Notes: generated from the letters alone by a model not told the origin. 64,000 nucleotides of DNA from Squalus acanthias (GCA_030390025.1 CM059432.1:152026001-152090000), one strand, 5' to 3'; shown: positions 37,901 to 50,349, numbered from the stretch's first letter. Program-made: numbers and translations.

Positions 37901-40884
37901 TGTTGTATATTAACAGTGGTGTTGTATATTTGGGTACATTTTAAAGGAGCACTTTCTCTGTGCAAAAGTATTTTTATGGTGAAGGAGAAACAACATTGTT
38001 CTTTCACAATTTGTCAGCTCAAGCTTTTCAATGCAATTTTTCCATTACTTCTTGTCAGTAGCCAAAAGTGTTTTTTCTTACCCTACGGAGATAACGTTCC
38101 TTTAATATTGTCCAAAAAGAAATGGCCTATCAGAACAGTTAAATGATCCTCGCATTTCATTGTAAAAAGCATATGATCCCAACTGGAAGTACTGCTGAAA
38201 TCGACCGGTTGGTGGCAGCAGCAGCACTGTGCCGGTACTGGGTCAGCGTCCCTTCCACTTGCACAGACAGCTCCTCCTGCTGTCCATTCAGCAGGAAACC
38301 CGGCACTCCTGTCACAGCAGGGTTTGGACAAATATTACACAAGATCAAACCAGAAGACTAACAAAATTCCTGGCTCAGAGAAGAGTAGGATTGGGAAATT
38401 AATGTTCCTGGTTACAAGGTATTCAGGAAAGCTAGGGAAGGAAAAAAAGGAGGGGGGTGGCGGTATTGATCAAAGAAACCATATAGCACTGTCGAGGGAT
38501 GATGTAGTTGAGGGGCCAAGGACAGAGTCTATTTGGTTAGAATTAAGGAACAATTGAGGGAGCGATTACGCTACTGGGTGTATAATATAGGCTGCCAAAT
38601 AGTGGGAAAGAGATAGAGGAGCAAATTTGCAGGCAAGTTACAGAACAATGCAAGAACTACAGAGTAGTGATAATGGGAGACTTCAATTATCCTAATATAG
38701 ACTGGGATAGTAACAGGGTAAAGGGCAAACAGTGGGAGGAATTCCTGAAATGTATAGAAGAGAACTTTCTTGATTAGTTTGTTTCCAGCACAACCAGGAA
38801 GGAAGCAGTGCTGGATCTAGTTCTGGGGAATGAAGTGGGACAAGTGGAGCATGTTTCAGTGGGATAACATTTGGGGAGCAGTGATCATAATATCATCAGG
38901 TTTAGAGTAGTGATGGAAAAGGACAAGGTGCAATCAAGTGTAAAAATACTTAACTGGAGGAGGACTAACTTCAGTGACTTGAAAAGGGATCTGGCCCAGG
39001 TGGATTGGAATCAAAAATTGGTCGGCAAAACAGTAACTGAACAATGGGAGGCCTTCAAAGAGGAGATGATCCGGGTACAGAGTAGGCACATTCCTATGAG
39101 GGGCAAAGGAAGCGCATCCAAAGTGAGAGCTCCCTGTATGATTAAAGATATAGAGGCTAAAATGAGACAGAAAAAGGTGCCATATGACAATTGTAAGGTT
39201 CATAATACAGTAGAGAACCAAGCTGAATACAGAAACTACAGTGGCGATCTAAAAAAGTGAATGAGAGGGGCAAACAGAGAGTATTTGAATAGATTAGCGG
39301 CTAATATAAAAGGGAACCCAAGAGTCTTTTATAAGCACATAAATAGTAAAAGGGTAGTCAAAGGAAGGGTGGGCCGATTAGGGATCACAAAGGAGACCAT
39401 CTTGTGGAGGCAGAGGGCATGGCTGAGGTACTAAATGAGTACTTTGCATCTGTCTTTATTAGAGAAGAGGATGCAGCCAATGTAGTAGTAAAGAAGGAGG
39501 GAGTAGTGATATTGGATAGGATAAAAATAGATAAAGAGGATGTACTTAAAAGGTTGTCAGACCTCAAAGTAGAAAAGTCACCCGGTCTGGATGGGATGCA
39601 TCCTAGGTTGCTGAAGGAAATAAGGGTGGAAATTGCGTTGGCTCTGGCCACAATGTTCCAATCCTCCTTAGATATGGGGTGGTGCCAGAGGACTGGAGGA
39701 TTGGAAATGTTACACCTGTTCAAAAAAGGGGAGAGGGATAAACCCAGTAACTACAGGCCAGTCAGCCTAACGTCAGTGGTGGGGAAACTTTTAGAGACAA
39801 TAATCCGGGACAAAATTAATTGACATTTGGAAAAGTATGGGCTAACAAATAAAGGACAGCATGGGTTTGTTAAAGGCAAATCATGTTTGACTAACTTGAT
39901 TGAGTTATTTGATGAAGTAACGGAGAGGATTGATGAGAGTAATACGGTTGATGTATATATGGACACTCAAAAGGAGTTTGATAAAGTAGCACATAATAGG
40001 CTTGTTAGCAAAATTAAAGCTCATTAACGGGACAGTGGCAGCATAGATACGAAATTGGCTAAGGGATAGATAGCAGAGAGTAGTAGTAAATGGTTGTTTT
40101 TCCAGACTGGAGGGAAGTATACTGTGGTGTTCCCCAGGGATAGGTAATAGGGCCATTGTTTTTGTTGATAGATAGATATATGACCTGGACTTGGGTATAC
40201 AGGGCATAATTTCAAAGTTTACAAAACTCGGAAATGTAGTAAACACTAAGGAGGATAGTAACAGACTTCAGGAGGACATAGGGATATAGACTTTGAGTCA
40301 TAGACACATGAAGGATTAAATTTAATGCAGAGAAATGTGAAGTGATACATTTTGGTAGGAAGAATGAGGAGAGGCAATATGAACTAAATGGTACAATTTA
40401 AGGGGGCTATGAACAGAGAGACTTGGGGGTGTACATACACAAATCTTTGACGGTGGCAGGACTAGTTGAGAAGGCTGTTAAAAAAGCATATAGGATCATT
40501 GGCTTCATTAATAGAAACATGGAGTACAAAAGCATGAATATTATGCTAAACTTTTATAAAACACTGGTTAGGCCTCAGCTGGAGTATATGTCCAATTCTG
40601 GACACCACACTTTAGGAATGATGTCAAGGCCTTGGAGAGGGTGCAGAAGAGATTTACTAGAATGGTACCAGGGATAAACGACTTCAGTTATGTGGGGAGA
40701 CTGGAGAAGCTGGGATTGTTCTCCTCAGAGCAGAGAAGGTTAAAGGGAGATTTGATAGGTGTTCAAAATCATGAATGGCTTTGATAGAGTATATAAGGAG
40801 AAACTTGTTTCCAGTGGCAGAAGGGTCATTGACCAGAGGAGACAGATTTAAGGTGATTGGCAAAAGAACTAGAGGCGGCATGAG

Positions 40885-41058
40885 CAATTCCCGCCCCCCC
40901 CCCCCGCCAATTTTTTTTCTGGGTGTGCGGCAACTATAAGGGGCTGCGTGGCCCATTCACAGTTTCACATGCGCGAAATTTAACATTGAAAAAGCCGATC
41001 CCGGGCTGTGTGGGACTGGCAGAGAGCTGCGCGGCCACACAGCTTAGAGGGAATGTCG
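40885..41058. mobile_element. hAT-type MITE
   Basis: Perfect 8-bp TSD ggcatgag at 40877-40884 and 41059-41066. Confidence 0.85.
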
Positions 41059-41081
41059 GGCATGAGGACTTTTACACAGCG

Positions 41082-42432
41082 AATTAAAGATCGCATGGAT
41101 GAACTACAGGATTTGTTCATCCCTGTTTGGCATAAAAATAAAACAAAAAAGGTGACTCAACCGTGGCTAACAAGGGAAATTAGGGATAGCATAAGATCCA
41201 AGGAGAGGACATATAAATTGGCCAGAAAAAGCAGCAAAGCTGAGGATTGGGAGCAGTTTAGGATTCAGCAAAGGAGGACAAAGGGATTAATTAAGAGGGG
41301 GAAAATAGAGTCTGAGAGTAAGCTTGCAGGGAACATAAAAACTGACTTGGATAGAAAACTGGTTGGCAGACAGGAAGCAAAGAGTTGGAATAAACGGGTC
41401 TTTTTCCGAGTGGCAGGTAGTGACTAGTGGGGTACCGCATGGATCGGTGCTAGGACCCCAGTTATTCACAATATATATTAATGATCTAGACGAGGGAACT
41501 AGATGTAATATCTCCAAGTTTGCAGACGACACAAAGCTGGGTGGGCATGTGTGCTATGAGGAGGATGCAGAGAAACTCCAGTATGATTTGGACAGGTTGG
41601 GTGATTGGGCAGATGCAGTATAATGTGGATAAATGCGAGGTTATCCACTTTGGTGGCAAAAACAGGAAGACAGATTATTATCTGAACGGCAATAGATTGG
41701 GAAAAGGGGAAGTGCAACGAGACCTGGGTGTCCTTGTGCACCAGTCGCTGAAGGTAAGCATGCAGGTGCAACAGGCGGTTAAGAAGGCAAAAGGTATGTT
41801 GGCCTTCATAGCGAGAGGATTCGAGTACAGGAGCAAGGATGTCTTGCTGCAGTTGTACAGGGCCTTGGCGAGACCACACCTTGAGTATTGTGTGCAGTTT
41901 TGGTCACCTTATCTGAGGAAGGATGTTCTTGCCATGGAGGGAGTGTAGCAAAGATTCACCAGACTGATACCTGGGATGGCAGGAATGACGTATGAAGAGA
42001 GATTGGGTTGATTAGGCTTATATTCGCTAGAGTTTAGAAGAATGAGAGGGGATCTCATTGAAACTTATAAAATTCTAACAGGACTAGACAGACTAGATGC
42101 AGGAAGGCTGTTCCCGATGGCGGGGGAGTCCAGAACCAGGGGTCACAGTCTAAGGATAAGGGGTAAGCCATTTAGGACTGAGATGAGGAGGAATTTCTTC
42201 ACCCAGAGAGTGGTGAACCTGTGAAATTCTCTACCACAGAAGGCAGTTGAGGCCAATTCATTAAATATATTCAAGAAGGAGTTAGATATATTTCTTAAGG
42301 CTAAGGGGATCAAGGGATATGGGGAGAAAGCAGGGACAGGGCACTGAATTTGGATGATCAGCCATGATCGCATTGAATGGCGGAGCAGGCTCGAGGGGCC
42401 GAATGGTCTACTCCTGCTCTTATCTTTCTATG
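41082..42432 (+). mobile_element. Second CR1 subfamily copy, internally deleted near 41347
   Basis: QPWLTREI linker joins directly to [20 protein letters not shown] and the 3' UTR. Confidence 0.88.
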
Positions 42433-43129
42433 TGATCTGGAATGCACTGCCTGAAAGGGTGGTGGAAGCAGATTCAATAGTAACATTCAAAAGAGAATTG
42501 GATAAATACTTGAAGGGGAAAATTTTACAGGGCTACAGGGAAAGAGCCCTGGACTGGGATTAATTGGATAGCACTAACAAAGAGCCAGCACCAGCACAAT
42601 GGGCTGATTGGCCTCTTTTTGTGCTGTATCATTCTATGATTCTAAAAGGTGGTCCGAAGAGACACATACAAATTCCATAGCAGGTTTGCTTGGATCAGTG
42701 TTGTATCACAACTGCTGTATGGCTTGAACGCTACAATGCACTACTCTGATCAGCAGTAAAAGCTAGCAAATCTAAGGGACATGGAATGTGCAATTATTTA
42801 ATTAAACAAAGTTCAGATTTTTAAAATAAAATGAGACTCCTCCCCTACACTCCCTACACGTCTGAACATATTATCAAGCGATTTCTAACCGGAAAAGTGA
42901 TTTTATATTGATGAAATTGCATAATTGTTAAAAGTTTTCCTATAATATCAGTTTATTATAAATTTGTATGTGTCTCTTAGGATCTTTAGCTATCTATGTA
43001 TGTATATCTGTCTATTTATTTTTATATATATATACTATGTAGAGAGGGAGTGGGATATTTGTCTTTATAACACACTCCTCAGTGACTGATCCCTCTTTGG
43101 TTGTGTGATTTGGCAGTTCTTCCTCTCCA

Positions 43130-43301
43130 GCCCCATTGGATGTGCCTGTCTGTGTAACTGACGTCAGGTAAAGGTGATAAAGTCGCCGGCGGGTCCCAGG
43201 GAAAGCGCCAGGCACACGGTGGCTCATCGGGAATCTCAAGAGCTCTCTCATTCTCTCGTTTCAGTGACCACTCGACTGAACACCGCGGATCACATCACAA
43301 A
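43130..43301 (+). promoter_or_regulatory. Candidate promoter or 5' UTR of the upstream first exon
   Basis: Reverse CCAAT (attgg, 43135), perfect CRE TGACGTCA (43159-43166), GATAAA (43175); also a donor-like cag|gtaaag (43168) and a strong acceptor ending 43264. Confidence 0.4.
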
Positions 43302-43366
43302 ATGCTCTTTTGGCACTCGCAACCCGAACAATACCATCAATACCCCAGCAGTAATAGCTACCTCCG
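43302..43366 (+). CDS. UBP1: Alternative first coding exon (1a), TFCP2L1-type N-terminus MLFWHSQPEQYHQYPSSNSYL(R)
   Basis: aaaATG start, 65 coding nt, donor CG|gtaaga, phase 2; CG+T gives Arg then [10 protein letters not shown] of exon 2; resembles the remembered human TFCP2L1 start MLFWHTQPEHYNQHNSGSYLR. Confidence 0.85.
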
Positions 43367-44583
43367 GTAAGAATGTCCTTTCTGTAATTTGTATTACTTA
43401 CCTTGTTCTGTACACGGAACTAGACGATGCTTAATACTCCATCCTAAACCGAACTATTCAATCAGTAAAAGAACACTCTAACTGAGCTCTTTATTTCAAG
43501 CGTCGTTTAACTTTACGAACTCAGATTGTAGTTTCTCTCGCTTACAATAACCTGGATCTTTATTGGCGTGTTGAGTCTTAAATGTTCACAATCCCCTTTC
43601 ATTCCACAAAACCAAAACTACAACTAACTTTGCAAAACGTTTATAACAGGTTCATGTTATGATTAAAACAAAAGATTGGAGATGCTGGGAACAAAAAAAA
43701 TCCCAGAAAATGCTGGAGATGCAGAGCAGGTCTATGGAGGGATCAGACCTGTTAATGCTTTGGGTTCCGATAGTAATGAATCTGATGAAGGAATCTGCAG
43801 GGTAAAAGCCGACGGGTGCAGATATTACCTGTTTCTGTCAAATCAAATGAGGGGTCGAGCGTTGGAGAGGAGGCAGTGGAATCGGGGATTGCTTTTCATT
43901 GACCCCCAAGGTTTAGAAACGTTAATAGAGCTTCAACCTTTCCCATGTCGGTGATGATTGATCTCTGCTGGCCAGAGCAGCCCCCACGCCGCCGGATCTC
44001 GGCTGTGTTTAGTGCGGACGTTACGCATAGAATGACCTATAACTTCTTTAGGGTTCGAAACTAAAACTTTTCCACAACTGCGAGTCGTCAGCAAACTCAA
44101 ATGAATTGGACTTCCGTTTTCAGAATCGCGGTTGCATTTTTGAATGGCCCAACAATTACCTTTTAAATCGACTTTTAACACCTACTGACACTTGGCCTCT
44201 AAGTACTGGTGAGTATGTGGGATAAAACACGTTTTAAAAAAAAATAAAAAAAAGTTCTTTACAACTTTGGATAATTAGTTTCGTAAATTTGCGGAGCTTC
44301 CTAATGTGGTTATTAGCATAACAATTTTATAACAAGTTAACTCCTCGCTGAAGTTATAGAGAATCAGATCCACCAGATCTTAATTAGATTCGTTTTATAT
44401 TTAATACTGGTCTCCCTAAAACTGCTTTTCATAAGGCCAAATATATCCTGATGCATTAGTGTTGTACTGGAAGAAAATCCTCGACCCCAATACTCCGAAC
44501 TGAAAAGTTTCCATTCAAGTGGCAATCCCACGAATTACAGGCACCCAAGGTGTAACCGTGAGTTCTGATGATTCAAAAGTCCT

Positions 44584-44649
44584 TGTGTTTGGTATGTAGT
44601 TTGGTTGTGTTTGGTATGTAGTTTGGTTGTGTTTGGTCTGTAGTTTGGG
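44584..44649. repeat. 22-bp tandem repeat, three copies
   Basis: Unit tgtgtttggtatgtagtttggt. Confidence 0.9.
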
Positions 44650-45029
44650 TCTCTTAACATCTGGCCGCGGATTAATTTCAATTTCGAGCAGATCCACAAA
44701 GCCTCACTTTTTGGAACAACAATCGCTCCCCTGGGCTAAAATGATATCAATCTTGAAGTATGCCACACACTCATACGTTGGAAGAAATAACGCAGCTCCA
44801 GTTACTTTTATTTCAGATTTCCACCTTGCACCCTCATTTAAACATATAGAACTGTTTATAGGAACAGGAGGAGGCCATTCAGCCCCTCAAGCCTGTTCCC
44901 ATTCAATTAGATCATGGCTGATCTGTATCTTAACTTCATCTTGGTTCTGTAACCCTTGCCTAACAAAAATCTGTCACTCAGTTCTGATATTTTCCATTGA
45001 CCTAGCCCAGCTTTTTAGAGTTTCAGATT

Positions 45030-45360
45030 TCCATGGGTTTAAATGGGCTTGCAATTTACACCTCTTCCAGACTCATCTTTTGTTTCTTTACCTGTCCCAT
45101 TACCATCTCCTTTTGCTTTGTACTATCATACCTTTTGTCATTTAATCACTCCTGCCTTCCACCCCATCACAGACGTTCCCTTTTGTTCTTTCCACCCCTC
45201 CCCCTTCCTTTCCAGCCTCTGTACTTGCTTAAATTCTGTTAATCTCTAACTTTTCCAGTTCTGATGAAAGGTCAGTGAACTGAAACATTGACTTTGTTTC
45301 TCGCTCCACAGATGCTGCCTGACCTGCTGAGTATTTCCAGCATTTTCTGTTTTTATTGCA
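45030..45360 (+). mobile_element. Penelope-like element 3' end / pseudo-LTR
   Basis: ctgatgaaaggtc...gaaac motif then gatgctgcctgacctgctgagtatttccagcattttctg; reverse copy at 55858-56180; fragments near 46383, 46963, 51120, 52225 and 61200. Confidence 0.65.
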
Positions 45361-45439
45361 ATTTAGAAAATGATATTGATCATAAATTGCAGCTCTGTAT
45401 GGTCAGCGGTTACTTCCATAGTTACTCTTGCTCCTTTAT

Positions 45440-46184
45440 TGGGAGAGGGGGAAGTACAGAGAGACCTGGGTGTTCTTGTACACCAGTCACTGAAGGTGAG
45501 CATGCAGGTGCAACAGGCGGTCAAGAAGGCAAACGGTATGCTGGCCTTCATAGCAAAAGGGTTGGAATACAGGAACAGGGATACCTTGCTGCAGCTGTAC
45601 AGGGCACTGGTGAGACCACACCTCGAGTACTGTGTACAGTTTTGGTCGCCTCATCTGAGGAAAGATGTTCTTGCCATGGAGGGGGTGCAGCGGCGATTCA
45701 CCAGGCTGATACCAGGAATGGCGGGATTGACCTATGAGGAGAGACTATGTAGTTTAGGGATGTACACACTGGAGTTTAGAAGATTGAGAGGGGATCTCAT
45801 AGAAGTGTATAAAATTCTGACAGGTCTAGACAGACTAGATGCAGAAGGAATGTTTCCCTTGGCGGGTGAGAACAGAACTAGAGGACATAATTTAAGGATA
45901 AGGGCTAAACCATTTAGGACAGAAATGAGGGGGAATTTCTTCACTCAGAGGGTGGTGAACCTGTGGAACTCATTGCCACAGAGGGCAGTGTACGCCAGCT
46001 CATTAAATATATTTAAGAGGGAATTAGATATATTTCTACAGGCAAAAGGGGTTAAGGGTTACGGAGAGAAGGCGGGGACGGGATACTGAATTGGAGGATC
46101 AGCCATGATCTCATTAAATGGCGGAGCAGGCTCGAAGGGCCGGATGGCCTACTCCTGCTCCTATCTTCTATGTATCTATGTATT
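45440..46184 (+). mobile_element. Young 5'-truncated CR1
   Basis: Uninterrupted ORF2 C-terminus to the stop at 46089; 3' UTR and (tctatgta)n tail. Confidence 0.92.
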
Positions 46185-46304
46185 TAGGCAGGCTGATTAC
46201 TGCAGTCAGCCCTTAAGTCAGTACTATAGGGAAAAATACATTCCATCAATTTCTGGAAATCTGAAATAACAGCTGGAAATCCACATTAGCTGTTTTAGCA
46301 TGTC

Positions 46305-46915
46305 ATAGTCATAACGGCACAGAAGGAGGCCATTCAGCCCATCGAGTCCGTGCTGGCTCTCTGTAGAGCAATCCAATCAGGCCCGACCTGAAACGTTAAC
46401 TCTGTTTCTCTCTCCACGGATGCTGCCTGGCCTGCTGAGTTTTTCCAGCGTTTTCTGTTATTTCCATTCCCCTGCTCTATCCCTGTAGCCCTGCAAGTTT
46501 ATTTCCCTCAAGTGCCTATCCAGTCTCTCTGGCAGCGAGTTCCAGGTCCTCACCACTCACTGCATAAGAGTTTTTCCTCACATCCCCCCCTGTATCTCTT
46601 GCCCAAAACCTTAAATCTGTGTCCCCTAGTCCTTGTACTGTCAACTAGTGGGAATAGCCTTTCCCCGTCTAACCTATCCAAACCCGTCATAATCTTGTAC
46701 ACCTCTATCAAATCACCCCTCAACCTCCTTTACTCCAATGAAAACAAATCCAGCTTCTCCAACCTGTCCTTGTAGTTAAGATCCCCCATCCCCAGAACCA
46801 TTCTGGTAAATCTTCTCTGCACCCTCTCAAGGACCTTCACATCCTTCCTAAAGTGTGGTGACCAGAACTGGACGCAATACTCCAGTTGTGGCCTAAGCAG
46901 TGCTTTATAAATGTT
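46305..46915 (-). mobile_element. CR1 3' fragment with a small Penelope-like insert (about 46383-46460)
   Basis: LRPQLEYCVQFWSPHFRKDV; CR1 3' UTR. Confidence 0.8.
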
Positions 46916-47189
46916 TCTGCTGGAATATACCTCACGCATCAACCTACTTTTCTTTCAGAGGCAAAATACTGCGGATGCTGAAATTAGTCGGCAGGTCAGG
47001 CAGCATCTGTGGAGAGAGAGAGACACACACAAGAGTTAACGTTTCAGATGCTGACTCACCTACCAGCTTCCGGGCTGCGATAGTTTCCTGGCCTCGCCGC
47101 AATTGTTAGCTGATGTCAAAGCTCACTCCCCAAGGTTTATTCACACCTGACACCCAACTTGCCCAGCTCCTGTGTTGCTCCGAGTGCAC

Positions 47190-47940
47190 CATTTCCCACC
47201 TCCGCTCCGCACGTCAATCAACATCGTAGCGCGGTGGAATCGTGCCTGCTTATTGGACAGCTGGAGGAGAGGCGGTGGGCGGTAGCTCTGCGCTGATTAG
47301 TCGAGAGGTGCTGTCAGTCAGACAGCGGGCCCCGCCCCGCCTCGCCTCGCCTCGCGCGTTTGCCGTTGGATTGACCGCTCGCGACGCTGCGCGCAGTGAC
47401 GCAGTTGTTCGGTCGGAGGAGGAGGGGGGCGAGCGGCCATGTTTGTGCCGGAATCGGTGAGAGAGCGGAGCGGAGGCGGGGCGCTGGCATCGTCAGCCGG
47501 CCGGGCTGTGCGTGATCCAGACGTGCTAACGTCTGCTGGCGTTACAGCGACTGGGAGGAGGAAGAGGAGGAGACGGCAGTGTGTCTGGATCTGAACGTCG
47601 CCATGACCGTGTGAGCCGGACTGGACTGGACTGGGGGAGCGCGCGAGCGAGCGTGACAGAGAGCGAGGACGGGCCGCCTCCGAGCAACCGGGACCTAGCA
47701 ACCGGGACAGCGGGGGGGAGGGGGAGAGCGCGCGGACCGCCGCCTGCAAGCGCCCGCTCCCCTGACCCCCGGCGGCGCGGCCCGGCCCGGCCTGGGCTTG
47801 GCCGCCCTCCCTCCCTGACCATGGCCTGGGTGCTGAAGATGGACGAAGCCATCGAGTCCGGACTGGTGCACGATTTCGACTCCAGTTTGTCCGGGATCGG
47901 CCAGGAGCTCGGCTCCGGGGCTTATAGCATGAGGTGAGAG
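47190..47940 (+). promoter_or_regulatory. CpG-island promoter and 5' UTR of exon 1b
   Basis: High GC and CpG density in CpG-poor surroundings; reverse CCAAT near 47252; GC boxes near 47330 and 47475. Confidence 0.8.
47821..47933 (+). CDS. UBP1: UBP1 (LBP-1a/b) canonical first coding exon (1b)
   Basis: accATGG Kozak; [37 protein letters not shown](S); 113 nt; donor AG|gtgaga, phase 2. MAWVLKMDE fits UBP1 rather than TFCP2 (MAWALKLPLADE). Confidence 0.95.
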
Positions 47941-48458
47941 GCCAAAGGGGGATGTGTGCAGATCGGAGGGATCTCCTGGGCCTCGGGGGTCTTTTGTTCG
48001 GCAGCAGGACTCAAATGTGCGACTGAGATCGGCAACTTTAAGCCACTTTTACTCCACGGGCTCTGCTCTTCAGCGGCGTCTAGGCGGCACGTATGCTGGG
48101 GTGTTCCTTATGTGATTTCTTGGGGTGCTGATTGTTTCATGGGCCTTTTTATGTATTTTATTATAGCTGATGCTTTACGGGAAGTCAGGTTCGATCTGTA
48201 AGTCATCCTACTGTCCAATGTGCACCGTTGAAATAGACTTTAAGATAATGAATTGGATTGGAAATTCAACTCTTCACCCCCACTTTAAAAAGGATTGAAA
48301 AAAACCCTGAAACTGCTGGAAATGCACAACAGGTCAAATCAGCAACTATATAATCAGAAGGGTTAATGTTTTAGGCATAATGTTTCTTTAGAACTGGAAA
48401 CTGATTTCCTAAATTTGTAGCTTTTCCTTTTCGTTTTTCACCATGTCATTTTTTAAAT

Positions 48459-48842
48459 TGAGAAGTCGCACAACACCAGGTTATAGTCCAACAGTTTTAT
48501 TTAAAATTACGAGCTTTCGGAGCTGCTGCCCCTTCGTCAGGTAGAGGTACAGTGAGGGAATCTAATACACAGTATATATACACAGAGAGCGATTTGTCTG
48601 CAGAGATACAATCTGTTAGGAAGGCATTACATCAAAGACACATCAGAGTACTGCCTTCCTAACAGATTGTATCTCTGCAGACAAATCGCTCTCTGTGTAT
48701 ATATACTGTGTATTAGATTCCCTCACTCTACCTCTACCTGACGAAGGGGCAGCAGCTCCGAAAGCTCGTAATTTTAAATAAAACTGTTGGACTATAACCT
48801 GGTGTTGTGCGACTTCTCATTTTTGTCCACCCCAGTCCGCAT
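48459..48842. mobile_element. Penelope-like insertion as an inverted pseudo-LTR pair
   Basis: 168-bp arms at 48459-48626 and 48652-48819 with one mismatch; 25-nt loop; short extension on the right; flanking direct repeat tca(t)6-7aaattg. Confidence 0.8.
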
Positions 48843-48854
48843 CATTTTTTAAAT

Positions 48855-49066
48855 TGGCTTTGGGGAGTCAGGGGGTGACACACTCGCTGCAGCATACCTA
48901 GCCTTTGATCTGCTCTTGTTGCCACAGTGGCTGGCCCAGTTAAGTTTCTGGTCTATGGTGACCCCCAGGATGTTGATGGTGGGGGATTCGGCGATGGTAA
49001 TGCCATTGAATGTCATGGGGCGGTGGTTAGACTCTCGCTTGTTGGAGATAGTCATTGCCTGGCACT
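48855..49066 (-). mobile_element. LINE RT C-terminal fragment
   Basis: KCQAMTISNKRESNHRPMTFNGITIAESPTINILGVTIDQKLNW. Confidence 0.75.
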
Positions 49067-49698
49067 TCAGTAAAGTGTAACAAACATGAAATGTAATTAT
49101 TATATCGCATGGTCTTCGTTTGCCTTTCTGTTCTTTTGAGAGCATTTTGAGCTGTTGCAGGCCTATTGATGGTAGTGGTGGAAACAATTTAGGGTAAGGA
49201 ACTAAGAGCATCACACAAAAGCAAGTTGTGCTTTTAATGTAGAATAATGCCCCAAGGCATTTCACAGAGGCATAATATGAATGGAACAGGTACAATATAG
49301 TGTATTTGTTTAAGTATGATTTATCTTTTCTACAGTGCTGGTACCAATAGCTAGGTAAATGTAGTAACAACACTGGTTTCAAGGCTCTCCTACTAGAATT
49401 GAGTGTATCCATAGAAGGTGGACTCTAGATTTTAAAAATATATTTTAACAATTTATTGTTGGAGAATGCAAAGACCAAGGTTGAGAAATATTTGAAAGAA
49501 AATTTACTAGAAATTTAAAATCAGATATGGAATTGTTTCTTTTCTTCATGTGCCCTTTGACAGTTTCCTCTTTTTAAAGTGATAATTGCATTGGTACAAC
49601 TGTTCTGAGTTATACATTGCTATATCTGAGTCCTTTATACCCTGGCCAGACAGTTGCCATGGTGATACATTTTACAACTACATGTTCCAGGCAACTAT

Positions 49699-50349
49699 GG
49701 CTAGCAAGTTCGAGAGAGAGAGCGAGCGAGCGCGCAGACACAAAAACGCAGAAATCCAGAAGTTGCTGTCATTGATTCTACGCTTCTCCATAGGTTGCGC
49801 AGTTGAACTCCCCGGAGCGGCAGTCTTTGAGAAATCACTGAACTGACGAGAACTTAAGCTTTTACCTTTGTAATATTGCTCTTTTTAAAAAAAAAACGAA
49901 AAAGTTAAACCTTGTTGAATGGCCCTGAAAAAGTAATTTTATATTTGTGGAATGTCACATTTTTAAAATTGAATGGTTTTAACATTTTTTTAATTTAATT
50001 TTTTAAATTTAAAAAAAAGTTTGTTTATGATATTTAAGTTTCAACCTTAATCCCATGTGTATCTCCCAATCTTTATTTTGCTCTCTAAAATGATTAAAAA
50101 GTGAAGGAAAATCGGTGCATTTTACTTCTTGGTTTGCTGTCTGAGAATTCTTTATTGTGATTGACTGCTTAGTCAGCTTGATGACATCACTGTTGGACAT
50201 TGGAGATTCTCCAGACTTGTCACCAGTATGAAATTAATGGCGGGAGAGCTGAAATTCACGCCACAGAGATCGCTAGATCTTTGTGGGCAGCTTTCTTCAA
50301 GGTCGACGGCAAGGGCAGTCGCTTTGCCGCTGACCGCAAATTCCGGGTC
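49699..50349. mobile_element. Harbinger-like MITE, left end uncertain
   Basis: Right end cgcaaattccgggtc|aat resembles the other MITE termini; GC-rich ends and AT-rich centre. Confidence 0.55.

Larger units (their letters stand above)
38365..42644 (+). mobile_element. CR1 LINE with nearly complete degenerate ORF2 and nested MITE and CR1 near its 3' end
   Basis: ESIWLEL, IMGDFN, LGSSDHN, GLDGMHPRLLKE, NYRPVSLTSVVGK; the 3' end resumes at about 42431 and ends attctatgattcta. Confidence 0.9.

Noticed and set aside
38083..38361. Overlapping short ORFs as an exon of a minus-strand gene
   Set aside because: No recognisable homology and no convincing donor site.
43265..43366. 102-nt internal exon in the ORF-track frame (VTTRLNTADH...)
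   Set aside because: That frame has no homology and the wrong phase for exon 2; the MLFWH frame explains the donor.
47581..47937. 118-aa ORF as an N-terminally extended UBP1
   Set aside because: Starts at a non-ATG codon in GC-rich UTR; homology begins at the Kozak ATG at 47821.
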